DNA of 61,719 nt, filler included. It is 4 parts of 4 records of this genome, joined end to end, with 100 filler letters (N's around TTAATTAATTAA, not from the genome) between each part and the next. Parts side by side here need not be neighbours in the genome. Positions count along the whole stretch, not along the records: positions 35,627 to 56,388 come from SRR20825006_2911; 3 more parts are not named here. One strand, given 5' to 3'. The notes under the pieces were generated by a model. That model was not told the DNA's origin and did not search any database. It saw only the letters and a list, made by a program, of their open reading frames with translations. The translations under genes were made by a program, and so were the position numbers. Positions 36,904 to 47,497 of this stretch are shown one piece after another (within the stretch, counting starts at the first letter, position 1; every line of letters begins with the position of its first letter).

Positions 36904-38519
36904 CCAATGAACCGCTCCTCAGTGTCCGTAATCTGTCCGTCGCCTTCCAGCAGGGCAGCGAGAACAACCTCGCCGTTGACAAGGTTTCCTTCGATATCAT
37001 GCCAAGCGAAGTGGTCGCGCTCGTGGGAGAATCCGGCTCCGGCAAGTCTGCAACGGCGGCCTCTGTCCTCAGGCTTTTGCCCTATCCGGCGGCAAGCCAC
37101 CCGTCCGGTGAGATCCTGTTTGAAGGCCGAGATCTTCTAAAGGCCGATGAGCGAAGCTTGCGGCAGGTGCGCGGTGCGGCAATCACTCAGGTGTTTCAGG
37201 AGCCGATGACCTCGCTCAATCCATTGCATACGGTGGAAAAGCAGATCGGTGAAATTCTGGCGCTGCATGGCGGCATCACCGGTGCGAAAGCACGAACCCG
37301 CACGCTTGAGCTTTTGCATGAGGTGGGTATCCATGACGCGGAAAAGCGGCTGACTGCATTCCCGCATGAGCTTTCCGGTGGTCAGCGTCAGCGTGTGATG
37401 ATTGCCATGGCACTCGCCAACCGGCCGAAGCTTCTGGTGGCTGATGAGCCGACAACCGCGCTGGATGTGACGGTTCAGGCGCAGATCCTGAAGCTTTTGA
37501 AAAACCTTCAGCATGAACACGGTATGTCGATGCTGTTCATTACCCACGACCTTGGCATCGTGCGAAAGTTCGCCGACCGGGTTTGCGTGATGACCGATGG
37601 AAAGATTGTCGAACATGGGCCGGTTGCTGAGATTTTCGACAATCCTCAACATGCCTATACCAAACATCTTCTGGCCGCCGAACCGAAGGGCGACCCGCCG
37701 CCGCATGATCCGGCGCGTGAAGTGATCGTGGAAGCCGATGATCTGAAGGTCTGGTTCCCGATCAAGGCCGGTCTGTTGCGCAAGACCGTTGATCATGTGA
37801 AGGCGGTCAACGGCATTTCCCTGAAACTCAGAGCTGGTGAAACACTGGGTGTCGTGGGTGAAAGCGGTTCCGGCAAGACGACACTCGGGCTGGCGCTGAC
37901 CCGCATGATTGCCTCAAGCGGGCGGATCGGTTTCATCGGCAAGGATATCAATTCCTACGCTTTCAAGGCGATGAAACCCTATCGTGATCGTATGCAGATC
38001 GTGTTTCAGGACCCTTATGGCTCGCTCAGTCCGCGCATGTCTGTCGGTGAGATTGTCGCCGAAGGGCTGAAAATTCATGCCGGCGATCTTTCCGCTGTCA
38101 AACGCGAGGAACGTGTCGTTGCCGCCCTTGAGGAGGTTGGTCTTGATGCCACCACCCGCTGGCGCTATCCGCATGAGTTCTCCGGCGGTCAGCGTCAGCG
38201 TATCGCGATTGCCCGCGTCATGGTTTTGAAACCGCGCTTCGTGATGCTGGATGAGCCGACATCGGCGCTTGATATGAGCGTGCAGGCACAGGTGGTTGAT
38301 CTGCTGGCAGACCTGCAGAAACGGCATAATCTGGCCTATCTGTTCATCAGTCATGATCTGAAGGTCGTTCGTGCTCTCGCAAACGAGATAATTGTCATGC
38401 GCCATGGCGAGGTTGTCGAGCGTGGTCCTGCGGCAGAGGTTTTCGAAAACCCCAAGGCTGATTATACCAAAGCCCTGCTGGCCGCTGCCTTTAACATTGA
38501 GGCGGTGGAAGCCGATTGA
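36900..38519 (+). CDS. yejF: Peptide ABC ATP-binding protein with two NBDs
   Basis: Two GESGSGK(S/T) Walker A motifs and two SGGQRQR signatures. Confidence 0.88.
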   Translation: MTNEPLLSVRNLSVAFQQGSENNLAVDKVSFDIMPSEVVALVGESGSGKSATAASVLRLLPYPAASHPSGEILFEGRDLLKADERSLRQVRGAAITQVFQEPMTSLNPLHTVEKQIGEILALHGGITGAKARTRTLELLHEVGIHDAEKRLTAFPHELSGGQRQRVMIAMALANRPKLLVADEPTTALDVTVQAQILKLLKNLQHEHGMSMLFITHDLGIVRKFADRVCVMTDGKIVEHGPVAEIFDNPQHAYTKHLLAAEPKGDPPPHDPAREVIVEADDLKVWFPIKAGLLRKTVDHVKAVNGISLKLRAGETLGVVGESGSGKTTLGLALTRMIASSGRIGFIGKDINSYAFKAMKPYRDRMQIVFQDPYGSLSPRMSVGEIVAEGLKIHAGDLSAVKREERVVAALEEVGLDATTRWRYPHEFSGGQRQRIAIARVMVLKPRFVMLDEPTSALDMSVQAQVVDLLADLQKRHNLAYLFISHDLKVVRALANEIIVMRHGEVVERGPAAEVFENPKADYTKALLAAAFNIEAVEAD

Positions 38520-38543
38520 TCTTTTCTGAACTGAAAGCGTTTC

Positions 38544-39503
38544 ATGACCAAGCCCGCGATTCTCATCGACCTGAAATTTCCCGACCGTGAAAAGGTTGTC
38601 TCCGCGCTGTCCTGCTGCTTTTCTGACCGCGCGGTGGTCGATATTGCCGAGCCTGAGAATAAAGGCCGCGATCTTTCCGATTGTCGTTATGCCGTTCTGT
38701 GGAAACCGGATACCGATCTGTTTCAACGTGCGCCCGATCTGGAGGTGCTGTTTTCCGGCGGGGCAGGTGTCGACAAGGTGCTGGCGCTGAACGGTTTGCC
38801 GGATGTGCCGCTGGTGCGGTTTGTCGATCCCACGCTGACCCGGCGCATGAGTGAATATGTCGTGCTGCAATGCCTTGCCCATCTTCGTCGCGCCGGCGCC
38901 TATGCCCGCCAGCAAAAGGCGCATGTCTGGCGGGAATGCCCGCAGCCGGAAGCGGCAGATGTGACTGTCGGTGTGATGGGGCTTGGTGCACTTGGCCTGG
39001 ATGCCGCTAAAAAGCTGAAAGTCATGGGCTTCAATGTCATCGGCTGGTCGCGTGGTTCAAAAGTGATCGACGGCATGGAGACCTTCGACGCCAACAGTCT
39101 CGACGCGTTCCTTTCGAAAACCGATATCCTGGTCGGTTTGCTGCCGTTGACTGCCGATACCACCGGGATTTTCAATCAGGCGCTGTTTTCACAACTGAAG
39201 CAAAATGGCCCGCTGGGCGGTTCGGTTTTCATCAATGCCGGTCGCGGTGGCAGTCAGGTGGAAGCCGATATTGTGACGGCATTGGAAAAGGGCATTCTCT
39301 CAGGCGCTTCACTTGATGTCTTCGAGACAGAACCGCTTGAGGCTGAAAGTCCGCTCTGGGACATCGAAAATGTCATTCTGACACCGCATGTGGCGGCTGA
39401 TACGGATGTGAAGGCACTGTTTGCGCATGTGGAACGCCAGATCGCACGGTTCGAATCCGGCGAAACGCTTGAGCATACTGTAGACAGGCAGTCAGGATAC
39501 TGA
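38544..39503 (+). CDS. ghrA: Glyoxylate/hydroxypyruvate reductase A-like 2-hydroxyacid dehydrogenase
   Basis: GAGVD, VGVMGLGALG, LLPLT, INAGRG, LDVFETEPL, TPHVA. Confidence 0.85.
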   Translation: MTKPAILIDLKFPDREKVVSALSCCFSDRAVVDIAEPENKGRDLSDCRYAVLWKPDTDLFQRAPDLEVLFSGGAGVDKVLALNGLPDVPLVRFVDPTLTRRMSEYVVLQCLAHLRRAGAYARQQKAHVWRECPQPEAADVTVGVMGLGALGLDAAKKLKVMGFNVIGWSRGSKVIDGMETFDANSLDAFLSKTDILVGLLPLTADTTGIFNQALFSQLKQNGPLGGSVFINAGRGGSQVEADIVTALEKGILSGASLDVFETEPLEAESPLWDIENVILTPHVAADTDVKALFAHVERQIARFESGETLEHTVDRQSGY

Positions 39504-39551
39504 CGCGGGAACCGGATTGTGCCCGTGCGTCTGGTCACCGGCAGGTTCCGG

Positions 39552-39577
39552 GGAACAACAGCGGCCTGCTTTCCGTT
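39552..39577 (+). promoter_or_regulatory. EcfG/RpoE2 (general stress response) promoter
   Basis: GGAAC-N17-CGTT, an exact match to the alphaproteobacterial EcfG consensus, 55 nt before an AAGGAG-preceded ATG. Confidence 0.65.
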
Positions 39578-39632
39578 CATCTTCCAAGGTTTGATGCAAT
39601 GAAAATTGCCGAAGGCGTGGAAGGAGACCGCA

Positions 39633-39839
39633 ATGGCGCAGCATTTCGACCCAAAGGAAGGCCGTCCGGTCAGATATCCGGGCGAAGACGAGTATCCGCA
39701 GAACAAGGGTGAGCAGCCGACGGTGTCGCCAACTGAAAAGCGGCACCTTGATCGCGGCCAGACCGTGATTGCTGTTTTCGTGGCGATCATCATCGCGCTC
39801 ATTCTGATCTGGGGCGGAACAGAGTGGCTCGCCGGTTGA
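39633..39839 (+). CDS. Small protein with one C-terminal TM helix, 68 aa
   Basis: RBS AAGGAG; MAQHFDPKEGRP...TVIAVFVAIIIALILIWGGTEWLAG. Confidence 0.7.
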   Translation: MAQHFDPKEGRPVRYPGEDEYPQNKGEQPTVSPTEKRHLDRGQTVIAVFVAIIIALILIWGGTEWLAG

Positions 39840-39882
39840 TCCCGCCTCGCTTCTCAGCCCGCAGTCATAGGGAGGATGGTTG

Positions 39883-40098
39883 ATGGAAGGTAACGACGAT
39901 AAAAGCCGCACAACTGGAACGCGGAAAACGGATCTGACCTCGAAGGAGGCCCGGCAATCAGAGCGGGGAAGACCGGTGTTGTATATTCTTGTCGCCGGTA
40001 TGGTTCTGGCCCTGCTGACCTGGGGTGCGACGGAGGTTTTTATGCCTGAAGCCGCCACAACGGGTGATGGCACGCCTGTCGAAGGCGCCATCGAGTAG
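39883..40098 (+). CDS. Small single-TM protein
   Basis: RBS GGAGG; EARQSERGRPVLYILVAGMVLALLTWGATE. Confidence 0.7.
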   Translation: MEGNDDKSRTTGTRKTDLTSKEARQSERGRPVLYILVAGMVLALLTWGATEVFMPEAATTGDGTPVEGAIE

Positions 40099-40346
40099 CC
40101 TGCATATCATCTATACCGTTCGGGTGTGTGCCGCCATATCGAAAGCGGGCGCACTGGACTTTCAGTATTGTTTCTCGCTATGTCATGATCTCCTACAGGA
40201 GAGGCATCTTTTCAGGATGCCTCTCGCCTCTTCGCCTGTTCGGCTGTTCGCCTGAGGCGATGTGTGACTATTGACGCAGAATGCCGGGCCTGTAATGGGG
40301 GTGATTAACACGCACTCTGCGTGGCGCTGGCAAGGAGCGAAAGACT

Positions 40347-41651
40347 ATGCCCAAGACCGATATTGCCACGCGGGTCTACGACCATACGTGGAAGCTCGAT
40401 CCGATCATCCGCTCGCTGCTGGATACTGACTTCTACAAGCTGTTGATGCTGCAGATGATCTGGAAGCTCTACCCGGACGTCGATGCGACCTTCTCGGTGA
40501 TCAACCGGACAACCTCGGTTCGTCTTGCCGATGAAATTGATGAGGGGGAGTTGCGCGCGCAACTCGATCATGCCCGTGAGATAAAGCTCACAAAAAAAGA
40601 AATGATCTGGCTTGCGGGCAATTCGTTTTACGGGCGCTCGCAGATTTTCGAGCCGGAGTTTCTGACCTGGCTGGCTGATTTTCGCCTGCCGGAATATGAA
40701 CTGACCAAAAAAGACGGTCAGTACCAGCTGGATTTTCATGGCCGCTGGATGGAAACCACGATGTGGGAAATCCCGGCGCTGTGCATTATCAACGAATTGC
40801 GTTCACGCGCCGCGATGCGCGATGTCGGCCTGTTCACCATCGACGTGACCTATGCACGCGCCAAGGCCAAGATGTGGTCCAAGGTGGAGCGGCTGGCGGC
40901 GCTGCCGGGCCTGAAGATATCCGATTTCGGAACGCGCCGTCGCCATTCGTTTCTGTGGCAACGCTGGTGCGTGGAAGCCCTTAAAGAAGGCATCGGTTCG
41001 GCTTTTACCGGCACATCCAATGTGCTTTTCGCGATGGACACGGACCTCGAAGCCGTTGGCACCAACGCGCATGAACTGCCGATGGTGGCGGCCGCTCTTG
41101 CCGAAAATGACGATGAACTGGCATGGGCGCCCTATCGGGTGATGCAGGACTGGAACAAGCTTTATGGCGGGAACCTGCTGATTGCCCTGCCGGATGCCTT
41201 CGGTACAGCGGCTTTCTTGAAGAGCGCACCGGAATGGGTGGCAGACTGGACCGGTTTCCGGCCGGATAGCGCACCGCCGATTGAGGGCGGCGAGAAGATC
41301 ATAAACTGGTGGCAGAAGATGGGCCGTGACCCGAAGGACAAGATCCTGATCTTTTCCGATGGCCTCGATGTCGACGCCATTATCGAAACCTACAAGCATT
41401 TTGAAGGCCGGGTGCGGATGAGTTTCGGCTGGGGTACAAACCTCACCAACGATTTCATTGGCTGCGCACCGCATCGTGTCGGCGGGTTGAAGCCGATCTC
41501 GATTGTCTGCAAGGTTTCCGATGCCAATGGCCGCCCGGCGGTGAAACTTTCCGACAATCCGGAAAAGGCAACCGGTGATCCGAAAGAAGTCGAACGTTAC
41601 CTGAAGTTCTTCGGGAGCGAAGATATGTCGGTGCATCCGGTTCTGGTGTGA
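40347..41651 (+). CDS. pncB: Nicotinate phosphoribosyltransferase
   Basis: [47 protein letters not shown]. Confidence 0.96.
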   Translation: MPKTDIATRVYDHTWKLDPIIRSLLDTDFYKLLMLQMIWKLYPDVDATFSVINRTTSVRLADEIDEGELRAQLDHAREIKLTKKEMIWLAGNSFYGRSQIFEPEFLTWLADFRLPEYELTKKDGQYQLDFHGRWMETTMWEIPALCIINELRSRAAMRDVGLFTIDVTYARAKAKMWSKVERLAALPGLKISDFGTRRRHSFLWQRWCVEALKEGIGSAFTGTSNVLFAMDTDLEAVGTNAHELPMVAAALAENDDELAWAPYRVMQDWNKLYGGNLLIALPDAFGTAAFLKSAPEWVADWTGFRPDSAPPIEGGEKIINWWQKMGRDPKDKILIFSDGLDVDAIIETYKHFEGRVRMSFGWGTNLTNDFIGCAPHRVGGLKPISIVCKVSDANGRPAVKLSDNPEKATGDPKEVERYLKFFGSEDMSVHPVLV

Positions 41652-41673
41652 CGCAACGGCATGGAGGGCTATC

Positions 41674-42303
41674 ATGACCATTCGCGCAGGTCACCGCGGC
41701 GATCTTGAGACGCTCTACGCCATCACGCTGGCAACAGGTGACGGCGGGAAAGATGCCAGCCGTTTTTATGCAGACCCGAAGATGATGGGACATATCTATT
41801 CAGCCCCCTATCTCCTGGTTGAGGGAGGGTTCTGTTTTGTTGCGGAGGATGACGGCGGCGTTTGCGGCTACGTTGTCGGAACCGCTGACACGCTTTCCTT
41901 CGCCCGAAAGCTTGAGCAGGACTGGTGGCCAGGCTTGCGTGTGCAATATCCTGAACCTGATATTGGCCGCCGCCACGATTGGACGGCAGATGAGCGTCGA
42001 GCTTTCACGTTCCACCATCCCGAATTGCCGCCGCAACCGGTTACGAAGGCCTATCCGGCGCATCTTCATATGAACCTTTTATCGCATACGCGAGGGCGGG
42101 GCCTGGGGCGTCGGTTGCTGGAAAAAGCGCTTTCTCACCTTGGCGATGAAGGCGCGATGCGCGTTCACGTCGGCGCAGGCAAAACCAATCAGGGCGGTAT
42201 GGCCTTCTGGCAGGCCTGCGGTTTCAAGCCCTTGTCCGATGCGCTGGCTTTGCCCGACGGCGACCGTACGGAGTGGCTGGGGCGTCCGGTGTCTGTGCGC
42301 TGA
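41674..42303 (+). CDS. GNAT-family acetyltransferase
   Basis: YPAHLHMNLL..RGRGLGRRLL (motif A), N.GGMAFW..CGF. Confidence 0.85.
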   Translation: MTIRAGHRGDLETLYAITLATGDGGKDASRFYADPKMMGHIYSAPYLLVEGGFCFVAEDDGGVCGYVVGTADTLSFARKLEQDWWPGLRVQYPEPDIGRRHDWTADERRAFTFHHPELPPQPVTKAYPAHLHMNLLSHTRGRGLGRRLLEKALSHLGDEGAMRVHVGAGKTNQGGMAFWQACGFKPLSDALALPDGDRTEWLGRPVSVR

Positions 42304-42394
42304 ACCTGTCACTCTATGAGGGGAAAACCCTCTTTGGTCTAAAAAATCCAAGGTGGGTACGTTGACTTGTTTCATTCGGCTTTACTAAATGGCG

Positions 42395-42566
42395 CTTGGA
42401 TCAGGTTCCGCCGAGAGGCGGATGAAAAGGGAACGCGGTTTAAAACCGTGGCTGCCCCCGCAACTGTAACCGTTGAGCCACTTCCACCGACGTCACTGGG
42501 TTTTCAACAAATCCGGGAAGACGGAAAAAGGCGATGACGCGGAAGCCAGGAGACCTGCCCGATCCG
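42395..42566 (+). promoter_or_regulatory. Cobalamin riboswitch
   Basis: AAAAGGGAACGCGGT, GCTGCCCCCGCAACTGT, GTCACTG..GGGAAG and B12 box AAGCCAGGAGACCTGCC; upstream TTGACT..CTAAAT promoter; btuB follows. Confidence 0.96.
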
Positions 42567-42729
42567 GTCACCCATGCTTGAATACGGGGTGTGTTCAGGC
42601 GCGGTCGTCCGTCGCGGTGACATTTTTTTTGTTGCCGTGAACGAGCACGACCGCTGGGGTTTCCCCTGGTTCCGTCGTTTGTTCGTTCCCTTGGCTGTGT
42701 CCGGCTGGTGAATGCCAGCCCAAATGGGA

Positions 42730-44670
42730 ATGATGATGAAAAGACAATTTCTGGCGGCTTCAACCGCCGCTCTGGCATGTATTGCAGTGCAGAATGCCTT
42801 CGCTCAGGAGGCCGTAACAGCCGGTTCGGATGTAACCGTACTCGAGCCGGTCTATGTGACGACGCCGCTCAGGCGTGAAACCACCGTGCTGCAATCGACC
42901 TCGACGGTCACGGTCATCTCGCAGGAGGATATTGAAAAGTCTGCCGCGCGTGACCTGCCGTCACTGCTTCGCAAGTATCCGGGCGTGAACATCAAGACAA
43001 ATGGCGGGCAGGGCGCTACAGCCAGTGTGACTCTGCGTTCTGTCTCCGCCGGACAGACGCTGGTTCTGGTCGATGGTATGCGGGTTTCCTCAACAACAGC
43101 GGGTACACCCTACATCTCGAACATTCCGTTGAGCAGCATCGAACGGGTGGAGATTGTCGAGGGCGCCCATTCGGCAGAATGGGGGGCTGATGCCATCGGC
43201 GGTGTCGTCAACATCATCACCAGAGACGGTTCTTTCTGCGAGAACGGCAAGAATGTGTGCACGACCATTGAAACCGGCGTGACCTATCCGTGGGGCGGGT
43301 TTGGCAACGCAACCGTGCGCGGCGAAACAGATAGCGGCGTCAACTTCAATGTCGGCCTCGCGCTTCTGGGAACCGAAGGCTACGACTTCACCACGCCGGA
43401 CAATCTTGTGCATGAGCCGGGCAATGATGGCTTTTTGCAAGGGTCTCTGAACTATGCGATTTCGAAGGATTTCGCTTGGGGACGGCTTTATTCAAACGGT
43501 TTTTATTCCCGTTCCAACCCCCATTTCGATAGCGCGCCGTATGCCGATTATATGACCGGAGATCTGGTTTACGGTGCCAACCAGTCGATCCAGACCAACT
43601 CTGCCTTCAAAATCGGTGCAGACCTTGATCACGCGGAAGACTGGACAACCAATTTTGAAATCTATTCTGCATTCGATTATCAGGAAAACTTCCGCAACGG
43701 GCATCCCGAAGCGGATACGCATTATGATACGAACCGTTACGGCCTGAGCCTCTCGACCACGAAGGAAATCGTGCGTGGCTCTGCCATCAACATTTTTACG
43801 CTCGGGGGCGATGCCTATCGCGAGACTGTCGATTCATCGGTCGACTACACTCAAACCTCACGAAATGTCGGGGCGGTCTATGGCCAGTATGGCCTTGAGT
43901 TCGAGGCGCTGACATTGAATGCCGGTATCCGTCATGATGCTGACGAGCAATTCGGCGGTGCAACGACTTACAATATCGGTCTCGGCTATGAACTGGTTGA
44001 AGGTCTGACGGCGCGAGCCTCTTTCGGTACCGGTTTCCGTGCTCCAACCTTCAATGACCTCTACTGGGCGTTTGATGGTTCCTATGTCGGCAATCCGGAT
44101 CTCGATCCCGAAACGTCGAAAAACTGGGAAGCCGGGTTTAACTGGGACAGCGGGGCAGGAACGGTTGTCGATCTCGTTTACTATGAAAATTATATCGATG
44201 ACATGATCGTCTATCAGACCGATCCCAAAACCTTTATCGGCACGATGGAGAATATCGAAGAGGCCAAGGTAAGCGGCGTTCGCGCCACGTTTTCCCAAAG
44301 CCTGTACGACGACCGGCTTGGTCTGGACCTTGGCTTTGAATACCGTTTGCCGAAAAACGAAACGGATGACGAATATATTGCCGACCAGAATCGGTTGAAG
44401 CTGACAGCTGCGGCAAGCTGGCAGGCCACCGATGCGTTGAATCTCAATGCCGATATCGAATATGTTGGCAGCCGCTGGACCAATCAGTCGAGCTATAATC
44501 CCCAACTTGAGGATTATACGCTGGTCAACCTTTCAGCGCTTTATGCCATCGACAGCGCTGCAAATGTCAAATTCGCCGTCGAGAACCTGTTTGATGAGGA
44601 TTATCAGACGACATACGGTTATAAAGGACCGGGAACGACGGTCACACTCGGCTACAGCAGGACGTTCTAG
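42730..44670 (+). CDS. btuB: TonB-dependent cobalamin receptor
   Basis: Signal peptide, plug domain (LVLVDG..IERVEIVEG..WGADAIGGVVNIIT), GFRAPT, ENLFDEDY, terminal F; downstream of the B12 riboswitch. Start is uncertain among 42724-42736. Confidence 0.9.
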   Translation: MMMKRQFLAASTAALACIAVQNAFAQEAVTAGSDVTVLEPVYVTTPLRRETTVLQSTSTVTVISQEDIEKSAARDLPSLLRKYPGVNIKTNGGQGATASVTLRSVSAGQTLVLVDGMRVSSTTAGTPYISNIPLSSIERVEIVEGAHSAEWGADAIGGVVNIITRDGSFCENGKNVCTTIETGVTYPWGGFGNATVRGETDSGVNFNVGLALLGTEGYDFTTPDNLVHEPGNDGFLQGSLNYAISKDFAWGRLYSNGFYSRSNPHFDSAPYADYMTGDLVYGANQSIQTNSAFKIGADLDHAEDWTTNFEIYSAFDYQENFRNGHPEADTHYDTNRYGLSLSTTKEIVRGSAINIFTLGGDAYRETVDSSVDYTQTSRNVGAVYGQYGLEFEALTLNAGIRHDADEQFGGATTYNIGLGYELVEGLTARASFGTGFRAPTFNDLYWAFDGSYVGNPDLDPETSKNWEAGFNWDSGAGTVVDLVYYENYIDDMIVYQTDPKTFIGTMENIEEAKVSGVRATFSQSLYDDRLGLDLGFEYRLPKNETDDEYIADQNRLKLTAAASWQATDALNLNADIEYVGSRWTNQSSYNPQLEDYTLVNLSALYAIDSAANVKFAVENLFDEDYQTTYGYKGPGTTVTLGYSRTF

Positions 44671-45552
44671 GTGAAACGAGCGGTGCGCATCAAAAAAAAG
44701 GCTGCTTGCCTGTCTGGCCTGATGATGCGCGCCGGTCTTGCTTTCGCACTTGTGCCAGGCGGCGATGCCTTTGCCGCAAGCTCACCTGAGCGCGTGGTCT
44801 CGATCAATCTTTGCACGGATCAGATGGCCATGCTTCTGGCCCGGCCCGGCCAGCTCGTATCGGTCTCCATGCTTGCCGCTGATCCGGCAGTTTCGGCACT
44901 TTCGGATGAAGCGCATGATTATCGTCTGAACCGGGGCCTCGCCGAAGACGTCTTTATGATGAAGCCGGACCTTGTTCTGGCCGGCAGCTACACGACGCAC
45001 GATACGGTGCGACTGTTGAAGCGGCTTGGAATCGAAGTTGCCGAGTTTGCACCGGAAAGCTCGCTGGATGATGTGCGCGAAAATCTTTTGCGCATGGGAG
45101 ATTTACTGGGGCGTGACGAAGAGGCTCTGTCGCTGGTTGATGAAATGGACCAGACGCTTGAAAAGGTAGCGGATGACGGCGTGAGCAACCGCACTGCTGT
45201 GCTTTATTACGCCAATGGTTACACATCCGGTAAACACACACTTGCAGGCGATATTACTGCAAAGGCCGGGTTGAAAAACATAGGGGCCGATGCCGGTGTC
45301 GATGGTCTTGGTCGCCTGCCGCTGGAGCGATTGATCATGGCCGCACCCGAAATCATCGTTGGCGGCGGGCAGGGATATAAGGCTCCCGCACTGGCCGAAG
45401 AGGTGTTTCAGCATCCGGCCTTCAGGACGCTGGCTGCGGCAAGCGATTATGTGACCATGCCAAGCAGCGAAACAATCTGTGGTGGTCCATTCAATCTGGC
45501 TGCGGTTCTGCGTTTGCACGAAGCTGCAATGAAGGAGCAGGGCGATGAATGA
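44671..45552 (+). CDS. btuF: Cobalamin ABC substrate-binding protein
   Basis: RVVSINLCTDQ, PDLVLAG; the real start may be slightly downstream. Confidence 0.8.
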   Translation: MKRAVRIKKKAACLSGLMMRAGLAFALVPGGDAFAASSPERVVSINLCTDQMAMLLARPGQLVSVSMLAADPAVSALSDEAHDYRLNRGLAEDVFMMKPDLVLAGSYTTHDTVRLLKRLGIEVAEFAPESSLDDVRENLLRMGDLLGRDEEALSLVDEMDQTLEKVADDGVSNRTAVLYYANGYTSGKHTLAGDITAKAGLKNIGADAGVDGLGRLPLERLIMAAPEIIVGGGQGYKAPALAEEVFQHPAFRTLAAASDYVTMPSSETICGGPFNLAAVLRLHEAAMKEQGDE

Positions 45553-46546
45553 GCATGGTCGCTATGTTCTGCTGTTATGCGGCCTGTCGCTTCTGGTGTT
45601 TGTGCTGTTCATCGCATCGCTGACGATTGGTCCGGCCGGACTTGGGTTGATCAGCAGCTTGAAAGGTCTTTTCAGCCGGGATGCTGGCGCAGTGGCGCTG
45701 ATCATGCAGGAGATACGTTTGCCGCGTGCGTTGCTCGGTCTGATGATCGGTGCAACACTTGGCCTGTCCGGCGCGGTGTTGCAGGGATACTTGCGCAACC
45801 CGCTGGCTGAGCCCGGCCTGCTGGGTGTTTCAGCTTCGGCATCGCTGGGGGCTGTCATTGCGATTTATACAGGGCTTTCTGCTATCTTCAGTCTGGCCTT
45901 GCCGTTGATGGCGCTTGTTTTTGCCTTCTTTTCGGTCATTGTTGTGCGGTCGCTTGCCGGTAGCGCCGCGCGCAGCCTTTCGATTATTCTGGCCGGTGTC
46001 GCAGTCACCAGTTTTGCCGGGGCAATGACATCGCTGGCGCTCAACCTTTCACCCAACCCGTTTGCCGCCATGGAAATCATGTTCTGGATGCTGGGGTCGC
46101 TGACTGATCGCTCCATGCTTCAGTTCTGGTTGTCAGCGCCGTTCATGCTGGCCGGCTGGTTTCTGCTGTTTTTGGCCGCCGGAGCGCTGAACGCGCTGAC
46201 ACTGGGCGAAGATGCGGCGGCAAGCCTTGGCATGTCGCGCAAAAAAACGGAGCGTCTGGTGATATGGGGCGTTGCGACGAGTGTGGGGGCGGCGACAGCC
46301 GTTTCCGGGGCGATCGGCTTTATCGGCCTTGTGGTGCCGCATCTACTAAGGCCGCTTGTTGGCCATATACCATCCAGACTGCTGCCAGCCAGTGCGCTTG
46401 GCGGTGCGGCTGTGCTTCTGGCTGCCGATATCGCTGTCCGGGTGATTGCGCCGGAGCGAGACCTCAAGCTTGGTGTTCTGACGGCCATTGTCGGCGCGCC
46501 ATTCTTTCTCTGGCTGATCTATAAAACCCGGCGGGAGATGTTATGA
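45545..46546 (+). CDS. btuC: FecCD-family permease
   Basis: IRLPRALL, LRNPLAEPGLLG, FWMLGSL, IGFIGLVVPH, GAPFF. Confidence 0.85.
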   Translation: MNEHGRYVLLLCGLSLLVFVLFIASLTIGPAGLGLISSLKGLFSRDAGAVALIMQEIRLPRALLGLMIGATLGLSGAVLQGYLRNPLAEPGLLGVSASASLGAVIAIYTGLSAIFSLALPLMALVFAFFSVIVVRSLAGSAARSLSIILAGVAVTSFAGAMTSLALNLSPNPFAAMEIMFWMLGSLTDRSMLQFWLSAPFMLAGWFLLFLAAGALNALTLGEDAAASLGMSRKKTERLVIWGVATSVGAATAVSGAIGFIGLVVPHLLRPLVGHIPSRLLPASALGGAAVLLAADIAVRVIAPERDLKLGVLTAIVGAPFFLWLIYKTRREML

Positions 46547-47322
46547 ACCTGCTGGAAACAAAAGCGCTGAGTGTGCGGCTGGGTGGTAAAAACGTGGTCG
46601 AGGACGTCAGTTTTACCATCCGACCCGGAGAATTCGTGGGGTTGGTTGGTCCGAACGGCGCTGGTAAATCCACGCTGCTGAAGGCCTGTCTGGGCCTTGT
46701 GCATGCCTCGGGACAGGTCTTGTTGCAAGATACCCTGCTTTCGCAAATGTCTGTTGCAAGGCGCGGTCGCGCTGCTTCCTATCTGCCGCAGGAACATGAG
46801 ATTGCCTGGCCGGTCACCGTTCGACATCTTGTCGAGCTTGGGCGGTTGCCCTGGCTGAAGGCCGATGGTGGTCGTGATTTTTCCGGTGGACATGCTATAG
46901 CCCGTGCCATCGGGCGTCTGGGTATTGCCGATCTTGCAGACCGGCCTGCCAACACACTTTCCGGCGGCGAAAGGGCGCGGGTGCTGATCGCACGGGCACT
47001 GGCTCAAACAACACCTCTGCTTCTGGCAGATGAACCGGCGGCGGGGCTGGATCCTGCCCACCAGATTGGCCTGATGAAAATCTTTCGCTCGCTTCTCACC
47101 GATGGTCATTCGATTGTTTGCTCCATGCATGATCTCAGTCTCGCGGCGCGCTGGTGCACACGTCTGATCATGATCGACAGAGGGCATATCGTGGCGGATG
47201 ATGTGCCGCAAAAAGTGCTGACGGCAGAGAACCTGCGTTCTGTCTATGGTGTGGAGGCTTTTTTCGCTGAAGCTGAGGGCGGACCTGTGGTGCTGCCGGT
47301 CGACCTGTCGTGCAAGCCTTGA
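46543..47322 (+). CDS. btuD: ABC ATP-binding protein
   Basis: GPNGAGKSTL, LSGGERAR, LADEP, MHDL. Confidence 0.85.
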   Translation: MNLLETKALSVRLGGKNVVEDVSFTIRPGEFVGLVGPNGAGKSTLLKACLGLVHASGQVLLQDTLLSQMSVARRGRAASYLPQEHEIAWPVTVRHLVELGRLPWLKADGGRDFSGGHAIARAIGRLGIADLADRPANTLSGGERARVLIARALAQTTPLLLADEPAAGLDPAHQIGLMKIFRSLLTDGHSIVCSMHDLSLAARWCTRLIMIDRGHIVADDVPQKVLTAENLRSVYGVEAFFAEAEGGPVVLPVDLSCKP

Positions 47323-47497
47323 TTTGAGAGGTGAATGCGCGGCATTCTCTGTAATGTGCCATTGCGCGGACTTCGTGTTTTCGCTAAGAAACCGCAGCTT
47401 TCCCGGTTGGCAGGCTGTTACTGGTCTGGCCGGGGGATGATGGGTGTCGCGTCCGTATAGTATGCCCGGACGCCGTTTTGTTTGTTGGAATACTGGA

